DNA of 64,000 nucleotides from Gammaproteobacteria bacterium. Its GTDB lineage: Bacteria > Pseudomonadota > Gammaproteobacteria > Steroidobacterales > Steroidobacteraceae. The position numbers were made by a program, and so were the translations under genes. The stretch is from assembly GCA_043738945.1 (NCBI GenBank), contig JAYUFB010000080.1, positions 49,697 to 113,696 of the forward strand, written 5' to 3'. The notes below the pieces were generated by a model. That model had not been told where the DNA came from and did not search any database. It saw only the letters and a list, made by a program, of their open reading frames with translations. Within the stretch, counting starts at the first letter, position 1; each line of letters starts with the position of its first letter. Below are positions 9,470 to 18,441 of this stretch, one piece after another.

Positions 9470-12358
9470 TTAATGGATGGGTGCAGCGCCCGCGAGACGC
9501 AGCGCGTCGCGTGCAGCCGTAATCCCGGAACTGGCGGGATCATCATAGCGAACACTGGCGATCAGCGCCTTGTCCGCCCAGCGCCGCGCGCCCGCAACAT
9601 CACCGTTCTCGAGTAGCAGAGCGCTGTGCACTAGCCATAGCCGCGGCTGCACCCGAATGTCGTATAAACCTTGCACGCGCTCCAATGCCGTCATAGCGTG
9701 AACGCTTTCGTCCAGCGCAGAGGACAGCGCCCCGCGGGCGCCCGCAATTCTTGCCAACCCTGAGCGAGCTAGCGCTGCCTCCAGCAGGGGTTTTCCAGCA
9801 GCCTTCTCAATGATGGCATTGAATTCTTGTTCCGCAGCGGCAAAGTCGGCATCACCCGGGTGAGAGTGATCAAGCAAAAATCTTGCCCATCGTTCGCGCA
9901 TGCGCAAGCTCCACGGCGAGGAGGGGTCGTCCTTCGCTGCGGACTCATCATGGGCCGCCTGCAGATGGACGCGCGCCTCGGCGTGGCGTCCAAGCCGATC
10001 ATAAGCATCGCCTAGCTTACGTCGCACCTCACGCACGCCGAAGTCGGCGCGGCCGCGCGCTACATAGGTTTGATAAGCGGATTCAAGCAAAGGCACGGCT
10101 TCCCGCACGCGTCCTTCGGCTGCCAGGCATTCCGCGTAAATCTCGCGCGCCCATTTGTCATTCCCGTTAGTGGTCCACAGGGACGGAATTGACACCAGCA
10201 TTTGCGTAAACAACCTATCGGCGGCGTCTCGCTGACCGCGCTGGTGCAGCAACTGCGCGTGATGTGCAAGCGAAATCCAATACACGGCATGGCGCTCGCC
10301 ATAGGTTTTCTTAGCTTGCGCTTCGGCGCGTATATAGGTGTCTTCAGCGGCGGCGAACTGGCCTAACCTTTCGCGAGTCCGCGCAAGATCGTACAAAAGG
10401 TCGGCAATGATTGAATCATCGCGATCAGGCGCGGCTTCAGCCACCGCCAAGGCCTGCTCCAGAAGCTGTGCCGCCGACAAGCTGTTGCCCTGTTCGGTTT
10501 GTTCGAGCGACGCTAGACTGAGCGCTGTTGCATAGTCGTTGCTGCGCGGCGCAGCGGCGGCGTACAAAACCAGCGCTTGCTTAAGGGCCTGGCGAAATTC
10601 GGCACGCCGGCCCAAACCAGTGCTGGCGCGCGCCTGTGTGCGCCACCAATTGGCCCGCATAACGGTCTTATCAAGGTGCGCCGCTCGCAGCGACGCATCG
10701 GTTTCCTCGAGCAGCCGAGTCGCCTTGGCGTAGTCCTCACGCAAACATGCCGCATCGGCCTCGTTCAACAGTCCTTGAATCACAATGGGATGGGCGGAGC
10801 CATAATACGCGCGGGCAAGCTCAATTCGGCGCGTCTGTGCCGCGGTGTAATGTCCCTCGTCGGACATGTAGTCGTACATGTCGGCGGTCAGTCCGAGCAA
10901 TTCGATCTGCAGTTCAGGTTGCCCCACAAACTCCCCCTCGATGCGCGCGGAACCGAGATCGAGCAACTCGCGGGCGGTGATTTCACCGCGCGGTCGATCG
11001 GAGGCAATGCGGGGATCGTTGGCGCGAAATACTCCAATGAGGAAGTTCTTGGTGGCAGTCGCGCGGTCCGCCTGCCGCCGTGCCTCGCGGGCTTGCAATA
11101 ATGACACCGTCGTGGCCGCGATCAAGGCGAGCAACACGGCGGTCGCAGCGGTAAGCCCGAGGCGATGGCGGCCGGCGAGCTTGCGCAACCGGTATAAAAC
11201 GCCATCCGGCCTCGCCAGCACCGTTTCACCGCTCAGGTAGCGTTGCACATCGGCGGCAAAGGCGTCCACCGTGCCGTAGCGTTCCGTAGGAGCCTTCTTC
11301 ATGGCTTTGTTCAACACCGCATCGAGATCACCCCGCAATTGCCGCTGCAATAGCCGGTCATGCACCGCATCGCTTGCCAACGGTGGGTCGAGCTCGGTAA
11401 TAGCCTGCTCCAGGTGCGCCGCGCTTTGCGGAGTCAGGCGATACGGCCGAGTGCCAGTCAACAGTTCATAGGTCACGACGGCCAGCGAATAAATGTCGGT
11501 CGCAGTGCCAATGCTCTCGCCCCTAATATGCTCGGGCGACGCATAGTCGGGAGTGAGTAACATGCCCGCGAATTGGGTGGCATTTGATGCAGGCACGGTG
11601 TCGCCTTCGATCAGTTTTGCGATGCCGAAATCCAGAAGTCGCACCGAGCCTGCGGCCGTAACCAACAAGTTAGCCGGCTTCAGATCGCGGTGAACCACTA
11701 GCTTCGAATGTGCATACGCCACCGCCTTTGCTACATCAAGGACCAGCAAAAGCCGCTCGCGAAGTGACAGGCTCCGTTCGCGGCAATAGACGTCGATGGC
11801 TTGCCCTTCTACATATTCCATGGCCATGAAAGGCCGGCCCAGTGCATCGACGCCCGCGTCGTAAAAGCGCGCGATGTTCGGATGCTCAAGACCCGCCAGG
11901 ATGTCACGCTCTCGACCCATGCGCTCGCTGAGTCGATCGGCCCAGGTTGCGAAAGGCAGTTTTAACGCCACGACACGTTTGAAGGCTCCGTCTGCGCGAT
12001 TGGCTAACCACACGAATCCCATGCCGCCCCGACCGATTTCCCGCACCAGTTCGTAGGGACCGACATGCTCTCCCGCCGCCAGTTCAGCCGTTACGGGTTG
12101 CGCCACAACCATCTGTACCAGCGCGGCGATTTGGCTTTGAACACTAGGGTTATTGGACTCCAACGCCGCTGTATCCAGCAGCATCCGTCGCAGCGTGGGT
12201 CGCAGGCTACTATGCAATTCCGGTAATCGGTCGATCCAGCCGGCACGCTCCGTCGCGGGCAGCTCAAGCGCCTCGTCCAATAGGGCGAGCAGCGCCGCAT
12301 ATTCGCTGGCCGTGCGTTTCATAACTGCGAGCGGCGCGAGCCGTCTAGTCGCTCGCAT
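9470..12358 (-). CDS. Ser/Thr protein kinase with a transmembrane segment and a C-terminal TPR-repeat domain
   Basis: Hanks kinase motifs GRGGMGFV, VALK, HRDLKPANLL, DFGIAK and YASPE. TM segment LGLTAATAVLLALIAATTVSLL, followed by about 540 aa of TPR-like helical repeats. The start (12358 or ATG 12322) abuts or overlaps the sigma gene stop. Confidence 0.92.
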   Translation of the reverse strand: MRATRRLAPLAVMKRTASEYAALLALLDEALELPATERAGWIDRLPELHSSLRPTLRRMLLDTAALESNNPSVQSQIAALVQMVVAQPVTAELAAGEHVGPYELVREIGRGGMGFVWLANRADGAFKRVVALKLPFATWADRLSERMGRERDILAGLEHPNIARFYDAGVDALGRPFMAMEYVEGQAIDVYCRERSLSLRERLLLVLDVAKAVAYAHSKLVVHRDLKPANLLVTAAGSVRLLDFGIAKLIEGDTVPASNATQFAGMLLTPDYASPEHIRGESIGTATDIYSLAVVTYELLTGTRPYRLTPQSAAHLEQAITELDPPLASDAVHDRLLQRQLRGDLDAVLNKAMKKAPTERYGTVDAFAADVQRYLSGETVLARPDGVLYRLRKLAGRHRLGLTAATAVLLALIAATTVSLLQAREARRQADRATATKNFLIGVFRANDPRIASDRPRGEITARELLDLGSARIEGEFVGQPELQIELLGLTADMYDYMSDEGHYTAAQTRRIELARAYYGSAHPIVIQGLLNEADAACLREDYAKATRLLEETDASLRAAHLDKTVMRANWWRTQARASTGLGRRAEFRQALKQALVLYAAAAPRSNDYATALSLASLEQTEQGNSLSAAQLLEQALAVAEAAPDRDDSIIADLLYDLARTRERLGQFAAAEDTYIRAEAQAKKTYGERHAVYWISLAHHAQLLHQRGQRDAADRLFTQMLVSIPSLWTTNGNDKWAREIYAECLAAEGRVREAVPLLESAYQTYVARGRADFGVREVRRKLGDAYDRLGRHAEARVHLQAAHDESAAKDDPSSPWSLRMRERWARFLLDHSHPGDADFAAAEQEFNAIIEKAAGKPLLEAALARSGLARIAGARGALSSALDESVHAMTALERVQGLYDIRVQPRLWLVHSALLLENGDVAGARRWADKALIASVRYDDPASSGITAARDALRLAGAAPIH

Positions 12359-12920
12359 CGAGCAACAACAAGCGCACCTTCTCGAGATCGCGCCGCACCG
12401 TGCGGCCGGTCACGCCCAAGTACTCGGCAATCTCGTCGTTGTCGAGCGCCGCGAAGTAACGCATCTCCACCACACTCACAAGACGGCTATCGACGGCCGC
12501 AAGTTCATCGAGCAATTCGTTGACGCGAATAATCTCCTCAATCGGCGATTCGATCGACTCGGCGAGATTGGTATCCAAAGTGACATGCACCTGCTTGCCG
12601 CCGCGTCGCTGCGCCTGGGCGTGCCGCACGTAGTCGACCACGACCGAGCGCATGACGTGGGCCGCATAGCGGAGAAATTGCTGCTGGTTCTGGACGGCAA
12701 TTTTGCCGGCCTTCACGAAACGTAGATATGACTCATGCACTAACGAGGTGGTATCGAGCACCATGGCGTTATTAACGCCGCGAACCCGCCGGTGAGCCAG
12801 CGCGCGCAGTTGCGGATACAGGATACCGTATAGGTGGTCAATGGCCGCGCGGTCCCCACCCGCGGCGGCGGCAAGGAATTGAGACAAGTCGGCAGACCCT
12901 TCGCTGTCCATCGCACCCAA
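12345..12920 (-). CDS. ECF sigma factor of the Ser/Thr-kinase-associated type (ECF43 / Sig-70_X6-like)
   Basis: Region 2 LDTTSLVHESYLRF and region 4 HTH EIAEYLGVTGRTVRRDLEKVR. N-terminal LAAAAGGDRAAIDHLYGILYPQLRALA is typical of this subgroup. There is no adjacent anti-sigma gene; a kinase gene sits there instead. Confidence 0.85.
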   Translation of the reverse strand: MGAMDSEGSADLSQFLAAAAGGDRAAIDHLYGILYPQLRALAHRRVRGVNNAMVLDTTSLVHESYLRFVKAGKIAVQNQQQFLRYAAHVMRSVVVDYVRHAQAQRRGGKQVHVTLDTNLAESIESPIEEIIRVNELLDELAAVDSRLVSVVEMRYFAALDNDEIAEYLGVTGRTVRRDLEKVRLLLLDASD

Positions 12921-13146
12921 TGCGTTCTCCCAAAGGCGTTATCAGTATAGGCAGCCGAGTAGGCCACGGATGTGTATACCGTGCAAGGAATGACGTTGTC
13001 GATTATTCAAAAAGCTGAGTAATCCGCGAGCGCGACGCAACTACCGCGGCTATAACTTCACCAGTGGAAAAACCCTTAAATACCCGATTGAATCGTAGTG
13101 CAACTGACGTCAATACTTATGACCGCAATTGATTCAGGAGACCCAC

Positions 13147-13467
13147 ATGATGAATTCTACACTCAAGCGAAACGACTTTTTTCTTCACGCTTTCACGACT
13201 GTCGCAATCAGCGTGCCAATCATGTTAGTTATCATCAGCGCCACTTTGCCGCAAAGCTTTGAACGCGGTGAATTTTGGGTGGACGGACATATCGGACTAG
13301 TGTTGATACTAGCGGGTGCGCTGGCGATTCGTGGCGCCTATGTGTGGGGTTATAGCAGGGCGCTCAGATTTCTGGCTTCCCAAAATATCCAGCGCGGAAC
13401 AGATAAAATATTAATATATACAAATACTTACGAACAACATGCTGCTCTATTAGAAATCCACTCATAA
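13147..13467 (+). CDS. small two-TM membrane protein, unknown function
   Basis: AGGAG Shine-Dalgarno sequence 6 nt before ATG 13147. Two hydrophobic helices (FTTVAISVPIMLVIISATL and IGLVLILAGALAI). Lies in a strongly AT-rich patch. Confidence 0.5.
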   Translation: MMNSTLKRNDFFLHAFTTVAISVPIMLVIISATLPQSFERGEFWVDGHIGLVLILAGALAIRGAYVWGYSRALRFLASQNIQRGTDKILIYTNTYEQHAALLEIHS

Positions 13468-13522
13468 ATTTCGATTGATTTCTACACGCGCCAACGTCTC
13501 AAATAACAGACAAGATGAGGAG

Positions 13523-13921
13523 ATGCTTGTGGACAATCAATGCGAACTTGAGCGAATTTCGATTTTCATCCTCAGAGCGCTACACCATAAGCAGCAGCGT
13601 GAGGATTCGGGTCCATTGACTGAAAATGAGCAGGTTTTGCTAACGGCCTGCGAGTTTTGGCTGGCCTGCGAAAATCAGTCGCTGCGCAGTCATTTGGGCG
13701 CCCAATACCAACCCCAGTTAGATAGAGCGAAAAGGGCTTTTGACGCAATAGGGGCTCGGCACACGGCGACCGTCCTCAATAGACAAAGTGGATCGGCGAG
13801 CGCCATTCGCAATATTGAGAATCAAATTCGTAGCACCGATGAAGATATTGACGGGTATTTAATGAGTTTTGCAGCCCGGTGCTGTATTGACGAGACAGGC
13901 TTTCAAACGGCAAATACATGA
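13523..13921 (+). CDS. hypothetical cytoplasmic protein, unknown family
   Basis: Open frame with an ATGA overlap onto the ECF sigma gene at 13918. The start is ambiguous (TTG 13475, ATG 13523 or GTG 13529 after GAGGAG). I could not assign a family. Confidence 0.5.
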   Translation: MLVDNQCELERISIFILRALHHKQQREDSGPLTENEQVLLTACEFWLACENQSLRSHLGAQYQPQLDRAKRAFDAIGARHTATVLNRQSGSASAIRNIENQIRSTDEDIDGYLMSFAARCCIDETGFQTANT

Positions 13922-14538
13922 CCGCGAATATTGATCAAGGTGCTGATCGGGAGTTAGTGGCCAAGCTATTGCGCGGTGACAAAGCCGCCCTGGATCAGTT
14001 TTTCTCAACCTATTTCCCTCGAGTATTCCGTTTTGCCTTGCTACGCGCGCACCGCGACGAAGACTTGGCACAGGATATTTGCCAACAGGTTATGGATAAG
14101 GCCTTTCGCCACCTAAGCAGCTATCGTGGTGAAGCGTCGTTATTTACGTGGTTATGTCAAATCACGCGCAACGAACTAGCGGATTATTGGCGCCGAGAGA
14201 AGCGCCGGTCTGCGGTGGTATCTCGTATCGACGATGATCCTGCCGTGATGGCGGCATTGGAGACACTTTCGGCACCCGAATCCTCTGAGCCTGAAGCCCA
14301 GCATCATGAAGCTGATTTGCGTGATCGCGTGCATGTGGCGCTGGATGCGCTACCCACACACTATGCTGACGCGCTTGAACTGCGTTATTTGAATGACCTT
14401 TCGGTGGTGGAGATTGCCAAGCGGTTGGGACAATCGATGATTGCCACACAATCCATTTTACAGCGCGCGCGCGCGGCTTTTCGCGATGCCTACGCGACTT
14501 TGAGTACCATGAGGGATGACCATGATCGAGCCTATTGA
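13918..14538 (+). CDS. ECF (RpoE/FecI-like) sigma factor
   Basis: Region 2 (FRFALLRAHRDEDLAQDICQQV, LFTWLCQITRNELADYWRR) and region 4 (LSVVEIAKRLGQSMIATQSILQRAR). Confidence 0.9.
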   Translation: MTANIDQGADRELVAKLLRGDKAALDQFFSTYFPRVFRFALLRAHRDEDLAQDICQQVMDKAFRHLSSYRGEASLFTWLCQITRNELADYWRREKRRSAVVSRIDDDPAVMAALETLSAPESSEPEAQHHEADLRDRVHVALDALPTHYADALELRYLNDLSVVEIAKRLGQSMIATQSILQRARAAFRDAYATLSTMRDDHDRAY

Positions 14539-15430
14539 AAATGATGTAGCAGAGCTATTGCGCAAGGTAGGTGCGCGTGCGGCACCTAAACCGGAAGTGA
14601 CGGCGGCTGTATATCAGTCGGCATTGACAGCGTGGCGTCGCGAAGTGCGCCGCCGAAGAATGACGAGAGTCTCGTTGGCGTTGGCGGCATCGGTCGTATT
14701 GTCCGTAGTGGGTGCTTGGGTATTGCAGCCGCACGCTGACAATTTAGTAGCCATCGTATCCGGCTCGACCGAGCGAACACTGCACGTGGGCGAGCGGTTA
14801 GCCAGTGGTGAAAATGAGCTGCGTCTCGCGCGCTTGGATGGGGTCATCATGCGCTTAGCGGCGCATTCTGTGCTAATAGCTGCGTCAAAGAGTGATGTGC
14901 GGCTTGAGAGCGGCCATTTGTACGTCGAAACTGGAGATACCGCGACTCACGAAACTCAATTTCGCCTCCTTACTCCCTTTGCAACGATTGACCATTTGGG
15001 CACCCAATTTGTGGCGGCGCTTGACGACGCTGGTATGCAAATCGCGGTTCGCCAGGGCCAGTTGGCCGTGCATACACCGCAAGTCGCTAATCTTATCGTT
15101 GCGGCCCATGAAGCGACACAGGTGAATAGCAACGGCCAAAGCGTGCGTTTGTTGGATCAAAAAGCTAGTGATCTTTGGCAATGGGTGGACAAGGACACAC
15201 TGATCATTATTGAAGGTCGCACCTTGTACGCGGTGCTAGCGGAACTATCCCAACGCGACGGTTTGACGTTGCGATTCTCCAAGGCCGATATATCCGACCA
15301 CGCACATGATTATGTGTTGCACGGCCCGTCTTTGACCCTGACGCCACGGCGTGCGATCGATATTGTGACGGCTAGTGCCGGTGTGCGCGCGCAGGTTGCG
15401 GATCAAATTTTAACAATACAACCACTTTAG
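14516..15430 (+). CDS. FecR-family anti-sigma factor / transmembrane sensor
   Basis: Short cytoplasmic N-terminus, single TM (VSLALAASVVLSVVGAWVL) and a periplasmic FecR-like domain. It lies between the ECF sigma gene and the STN-domain receptor gene. Confidence 0.8.
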   Translation: MTMIEPIENDVAELLRKVGARAAPKPEVTAAVYQSALTAWRREVRRRRMTRVSLALAASVVLSVVGAWVLQPHADNLVAIVSGSTERTLHVGERLASGENELRLARLDGVIMRLAAHSVLIAASKSDVRLESGHLYVETGDTATHETQFRLLTPFATIDHLGTQFVAALDDAGMQIAVRQGQLAVHTPQVANLIVAAHEATQVNSNGQSVRLLDQKASDLWQWVDKDTLIIIEGRTLYAVLAELSQRDGLTLRFSKADISDHAHDYVLHGPSLTLTPRRAIDIVTASAGVRAQVADQILTIQPL

Positions 15431-15446
15431 ATTCGAGCTACTCCTG

Positions 15447-17682
15447 TTGAGGATTGTAACGATCCTTACCGCACCTCGGCTACTTTGTACGTGGCTGTTC
15501 CTTAGCCTGTCGATCAGCACCTTCGCCACGTCGCCTGCAACAAGCGGCCTTGTGGGACTGAGGCTAGAGGCGGCCCTAAAAAAATTGGAGCGGGCAGATT
15601 TTCACGTTGTATTTAGCACGGCGCTGGTACAGCACAATCAACGGGTCATGCTGGAACCTCGGTCCGCTGCTTCGGCGGCGATGGTCCGCGAGTTGCTGGC
15701 ACCCTTTGGGCTGAGCTTGAGTGAAATATCCCCCGCGGTTTTCGCTGTAATACGCAGCGCTAAATCCTCTGCAGAATCATTGCCGGCAACTACCGCAAGC
15801 TTACCCATCACCCTCAGTGAGTTAACCGTCACGGCAAGCCACTACCGTCTGGTGGGACTCAGCGGTACGCCGCTGGCTATTGAGGGCCCGCAACTGCGAG
15901 CCGAACCGCACTTTGCGGACGATGCCTTGCAGTCTGTGGGGCGGCTGCCAGGTGTTGCACAGAACGGATTTGCGGGATTGATGCATATTCGTGGCGGTGA
16001 ATCCGGCGAAACACGGGTCTTGCTCGACGGTTTTCCCATTCGCGAAGTTTTTCATTTGCCAGATTTTCAAGGCCCATTCAGTGCCTTGGATGCTTCGGCT
16101 ATTAAGCGAATCGATGTCTATACCGGTGGATTTCCGGCCCGCTACGGGGATCGGTTGAGTGGAGTGTTGGACATAGCAACTCGGGATGTGACGGAATCAC
16201 CGCGTCGGTCGGCTGAGCAATCTGCAAAGAATATCCGAGGGTGTCGGCGTCGACTCGCACAATCCTAAGTTCTCAGACCTATTGGCGAAATTGCGTTGGC
16301 GACCTGCGGATGGAACGACTTTGTCGCTACAGGTTTTGTCCGCGCAAGACAGTCATGAAACCCTAGACCCAGACATTGGCAAAACCGGTCGATTTGACAG
16401 TCGTACGCGTTACACGTGGCTACATGCCGAGCAGTACCTGAGGGCGAACTGGCGGTCAGAGGCCTGGATCGGCAATACCGAGCTGTCCTCGGATCGGATT
16501 GGAGCGATCAATAACCCCAACATCGCCATAGGACAAGTAAGCGATTATCGCCGTGCTAACATTTGGGACGCACAACTGCGTTTTTACGGCCCACTCGGAT
16601 CCGCGCATCAACTTGAATGGGGTGTGAACTGGAGCGCGGCGGATGCGGACTACAAGTACCACAGCGCTGTGAATTTCGGCACCGGGGTAGCCCAATTATT
16701 CGCGCGGCCTACCACTGTCGTCGGCGACGCGTTGCTGTCACCTTATCGTCGCGACACTAGCGTGTATGTATCAGATCGTTGGCAAATTTTACCACGACTA
16801 GTCGCCGAGATCGGTGTTCGTACGCAACACGCTTGCGGCCTCGAGCTTGCGCCACACGACTCACAAGATCCGCGCCTATTAATGTCGTTTGCGTTGCGCT
16901 CTACTACTCAGATGTTCGCTAGTTGGGGAGTATTTCACCAAGCCGACGAAGTACTCGACTTGGATGTGACGGATGGTTTACGTCGTTTCTCGCCACCGCA
17001 ACGCTCCGAACACAGGATACTAGGAATTCAGTACCATAGCTCAGAGGGTATTACTTTGCGCGCCGAAGCGTATCGCAAAGCGCAAACCTCACCCCGGCGG
17101 CGTTATGAAAGTTATTTTGATCCGCTCGGTGCGTTACCGGAACTCACACCCGATCGAGTGCTAGTGGCCCCTACGCACTCAGAAATGCACGGCGTAGAAT
17201 TATCGAGTGCTTTTGCGAAGGGGGCGTTTTCCACGCGCCTTTCGTACGGCTGGTCGCGCGTCTATGATGATATCCGTGGCATGGATGTGCCACGTAGCTG
17301 GAATCAAGCTCATACGATCGACGCAATTGTTCAATGGCAACGCGGACTGTGGTCCGCAAGTGCAGCGCTCAATGTGCATAGCGGTTGGCCTACCACGCCG
17401 TTATTGACTCTACCCGGCGGCAATGCGCAATTGGCCGCACGTAATTCCAGTACTGAGAGCCTGTTTCAATCGCTCGACTTAAGGATGGTATATCACCAAA
17501 ATATTCAGCATGGCGCATTGGTGTATACCGTTGATGTCGCAAATGCACTTAACCACGACAACCACTGCTGCGCCGACATTGTGCGAAGTAAGACTTCGCC
17601 GGGAGCAAACTCATTATCGGTGCAGGAATCGCTGCCCTGGCTGCCTAGAATTCCATCCTTCGGTGTGCGCTGGGAGTTTTAA
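15447..17682 (+). pseudogene. TonB-dependent transducer-type receptor (STN domain + plug + barrel), frameshifted
   Basis: ORF 15447-16268 carries the signal peptide, an STN-like domain (LEAALKKLERADFHVVFS) and the plug (IRGGESGETRVLLDGFP, DVYTGGFPARYGDRLSGVLDI). The barrel continues in another frame (16282-17682). Readable sequence ..SEGVGVDSHNPKFSDLLAKLRW lies upstream of 16282, so the shift is near 16185-16215. Confidence 0.7.
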
Positions 17683-17710
17683 ATGATGTTGGCTTGACCC
17701 TTGACTAGCG

Positions 17711-18109
17711 TCACCACGCACATTTAACCCGAAACAATTTCATTCCGCGGTCATTGGTAATCAGCGTTGCGCCCTCGATGGTCGCTTGTGCGGCTAGCAT
17801 CCGATCAAATGGGTCACGATGGTCGACCGTAAATTCGCCGGCCATAATCGCATGCTGAAAAGAAACAGCAAGGTGGGTAAATCCGTCTTTGACAATTAGT
17901 TCGTTAAAATCATGGATGGCATGTTCGGCGCCAGGCAGCTTGCCGATGCGGTGTTTAGTGGAAATTTCCCAGGCACTTGCCGCACTGATAAGGACCGTAT
18001 TGTCCTCGTCGGCGATTAACTTGGCTGCATGCTTGGAAAGGCGCATATCGTCTTTCCACCACCAGAGCAGCGCGTGCGTATCGAGCAATACTCTCAACGA
18101 TTTTCCCAT
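17711..18109 (-). CDS. vapC: PIN-domain toxin, VapC family
   Basis: PIN acidic residues in LLDTHALLWW, SAWEISTK, HRDPFDRM and ITND. 16-nt overlap with the upstream antitoxin gene. Confidence 0.9.
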   Translation of the reverse strand: MGKSLRVLLDTHALLWWWKDDMRLSKHAAKLIADEDNTVLISAASAWEISTKHRIGKLPGAEHAIHDFNELIVKDGFTHLAVSFQHAIMAGEFTVDHRDPFDRMLAAQATIEGATLITNDRGMKLFRVKCAW

Positions 18110-18321
18110 GCGCGCAGTTCCCTCTCGGGAAGCGGATCAAAGAACGCATCGTCGATGATGCCCTTCATGCGTCCGCGCTGACGCATCCCCGTACTTGGCG
18201 CAAGTGGCACCATGCGCGCATACGGCTTGCCCGCTTTGGCCAGAATAATTTCTTGGCCCGCATGAGCCCTTTCGAGCAGTTTAGAAAACTGTGTTTTCGC
18301 TTCGTGTACATTGATAGCCAT
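18094..18321 (-). CDS. Phd/YefM-family antitoxin
   Basis: The N-terminus MAINVHEAKTQFSKLLERAHAGQEIILAKAGKPYARMVPL is a typical Phd/YefM fold signature. ATG 18321 is preferred over the track start at 18336. Confidence 0.85.
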   Translation of the reverse strand: MAINVHEAKTQFSKLLERAHAGQEIILAKAGKPYARMVPLAPSTGMRQRGRMKGIIDDAFFDPLPERELRAWENR

Positions 18322-18355
18322 TATCGTAACCCACAAATTAAAGATCGCTAATTGT

Positions 18356-18377
18356 GACTTAGTCCATCGACTTAGTC
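18356..18377 (-). promoter_or_regulatory. tandem 9-bp direct repeat upstream of the phd-vapC operon (candidate operator)
   Basis: GACTTAGTC-catc-GACTTAGTC lies 35-56 nt upstream of ATG 18321. TA antitoxins commonly autoregulate through repeats in this position. Confidence 0.3.
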
Positions 18378-18441
18378 AATAATAGCACTGGGTACGAAAA
18401 TGCACTACCTGCGGTCCGTGGCAACTGGCTAACTCGCCCCG

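Noticed and set aside
9769-12725. Numerous 60-190 aa ORFs on both strands inside the Ser/Thr kinase and ECF sigma genes (for example 10577-11101, 10878-11240 and 12153-12725).
   Set aside because: All are nested in or antisense to long genes with clear kinase, TPR and sigma motifs. Their compositional bias (Arg, Ala, Ser, Pro) indicates frame artefacts.
13523-13921. A vague resemblance of the hypothetical protein to DUF4375/DMP19-like helical proteins.
   Set aside because: The characteristic NGG-containing core is absent (the sequence reads ..ACENQSLRSHLG..), so the similarity is too weak to claim.
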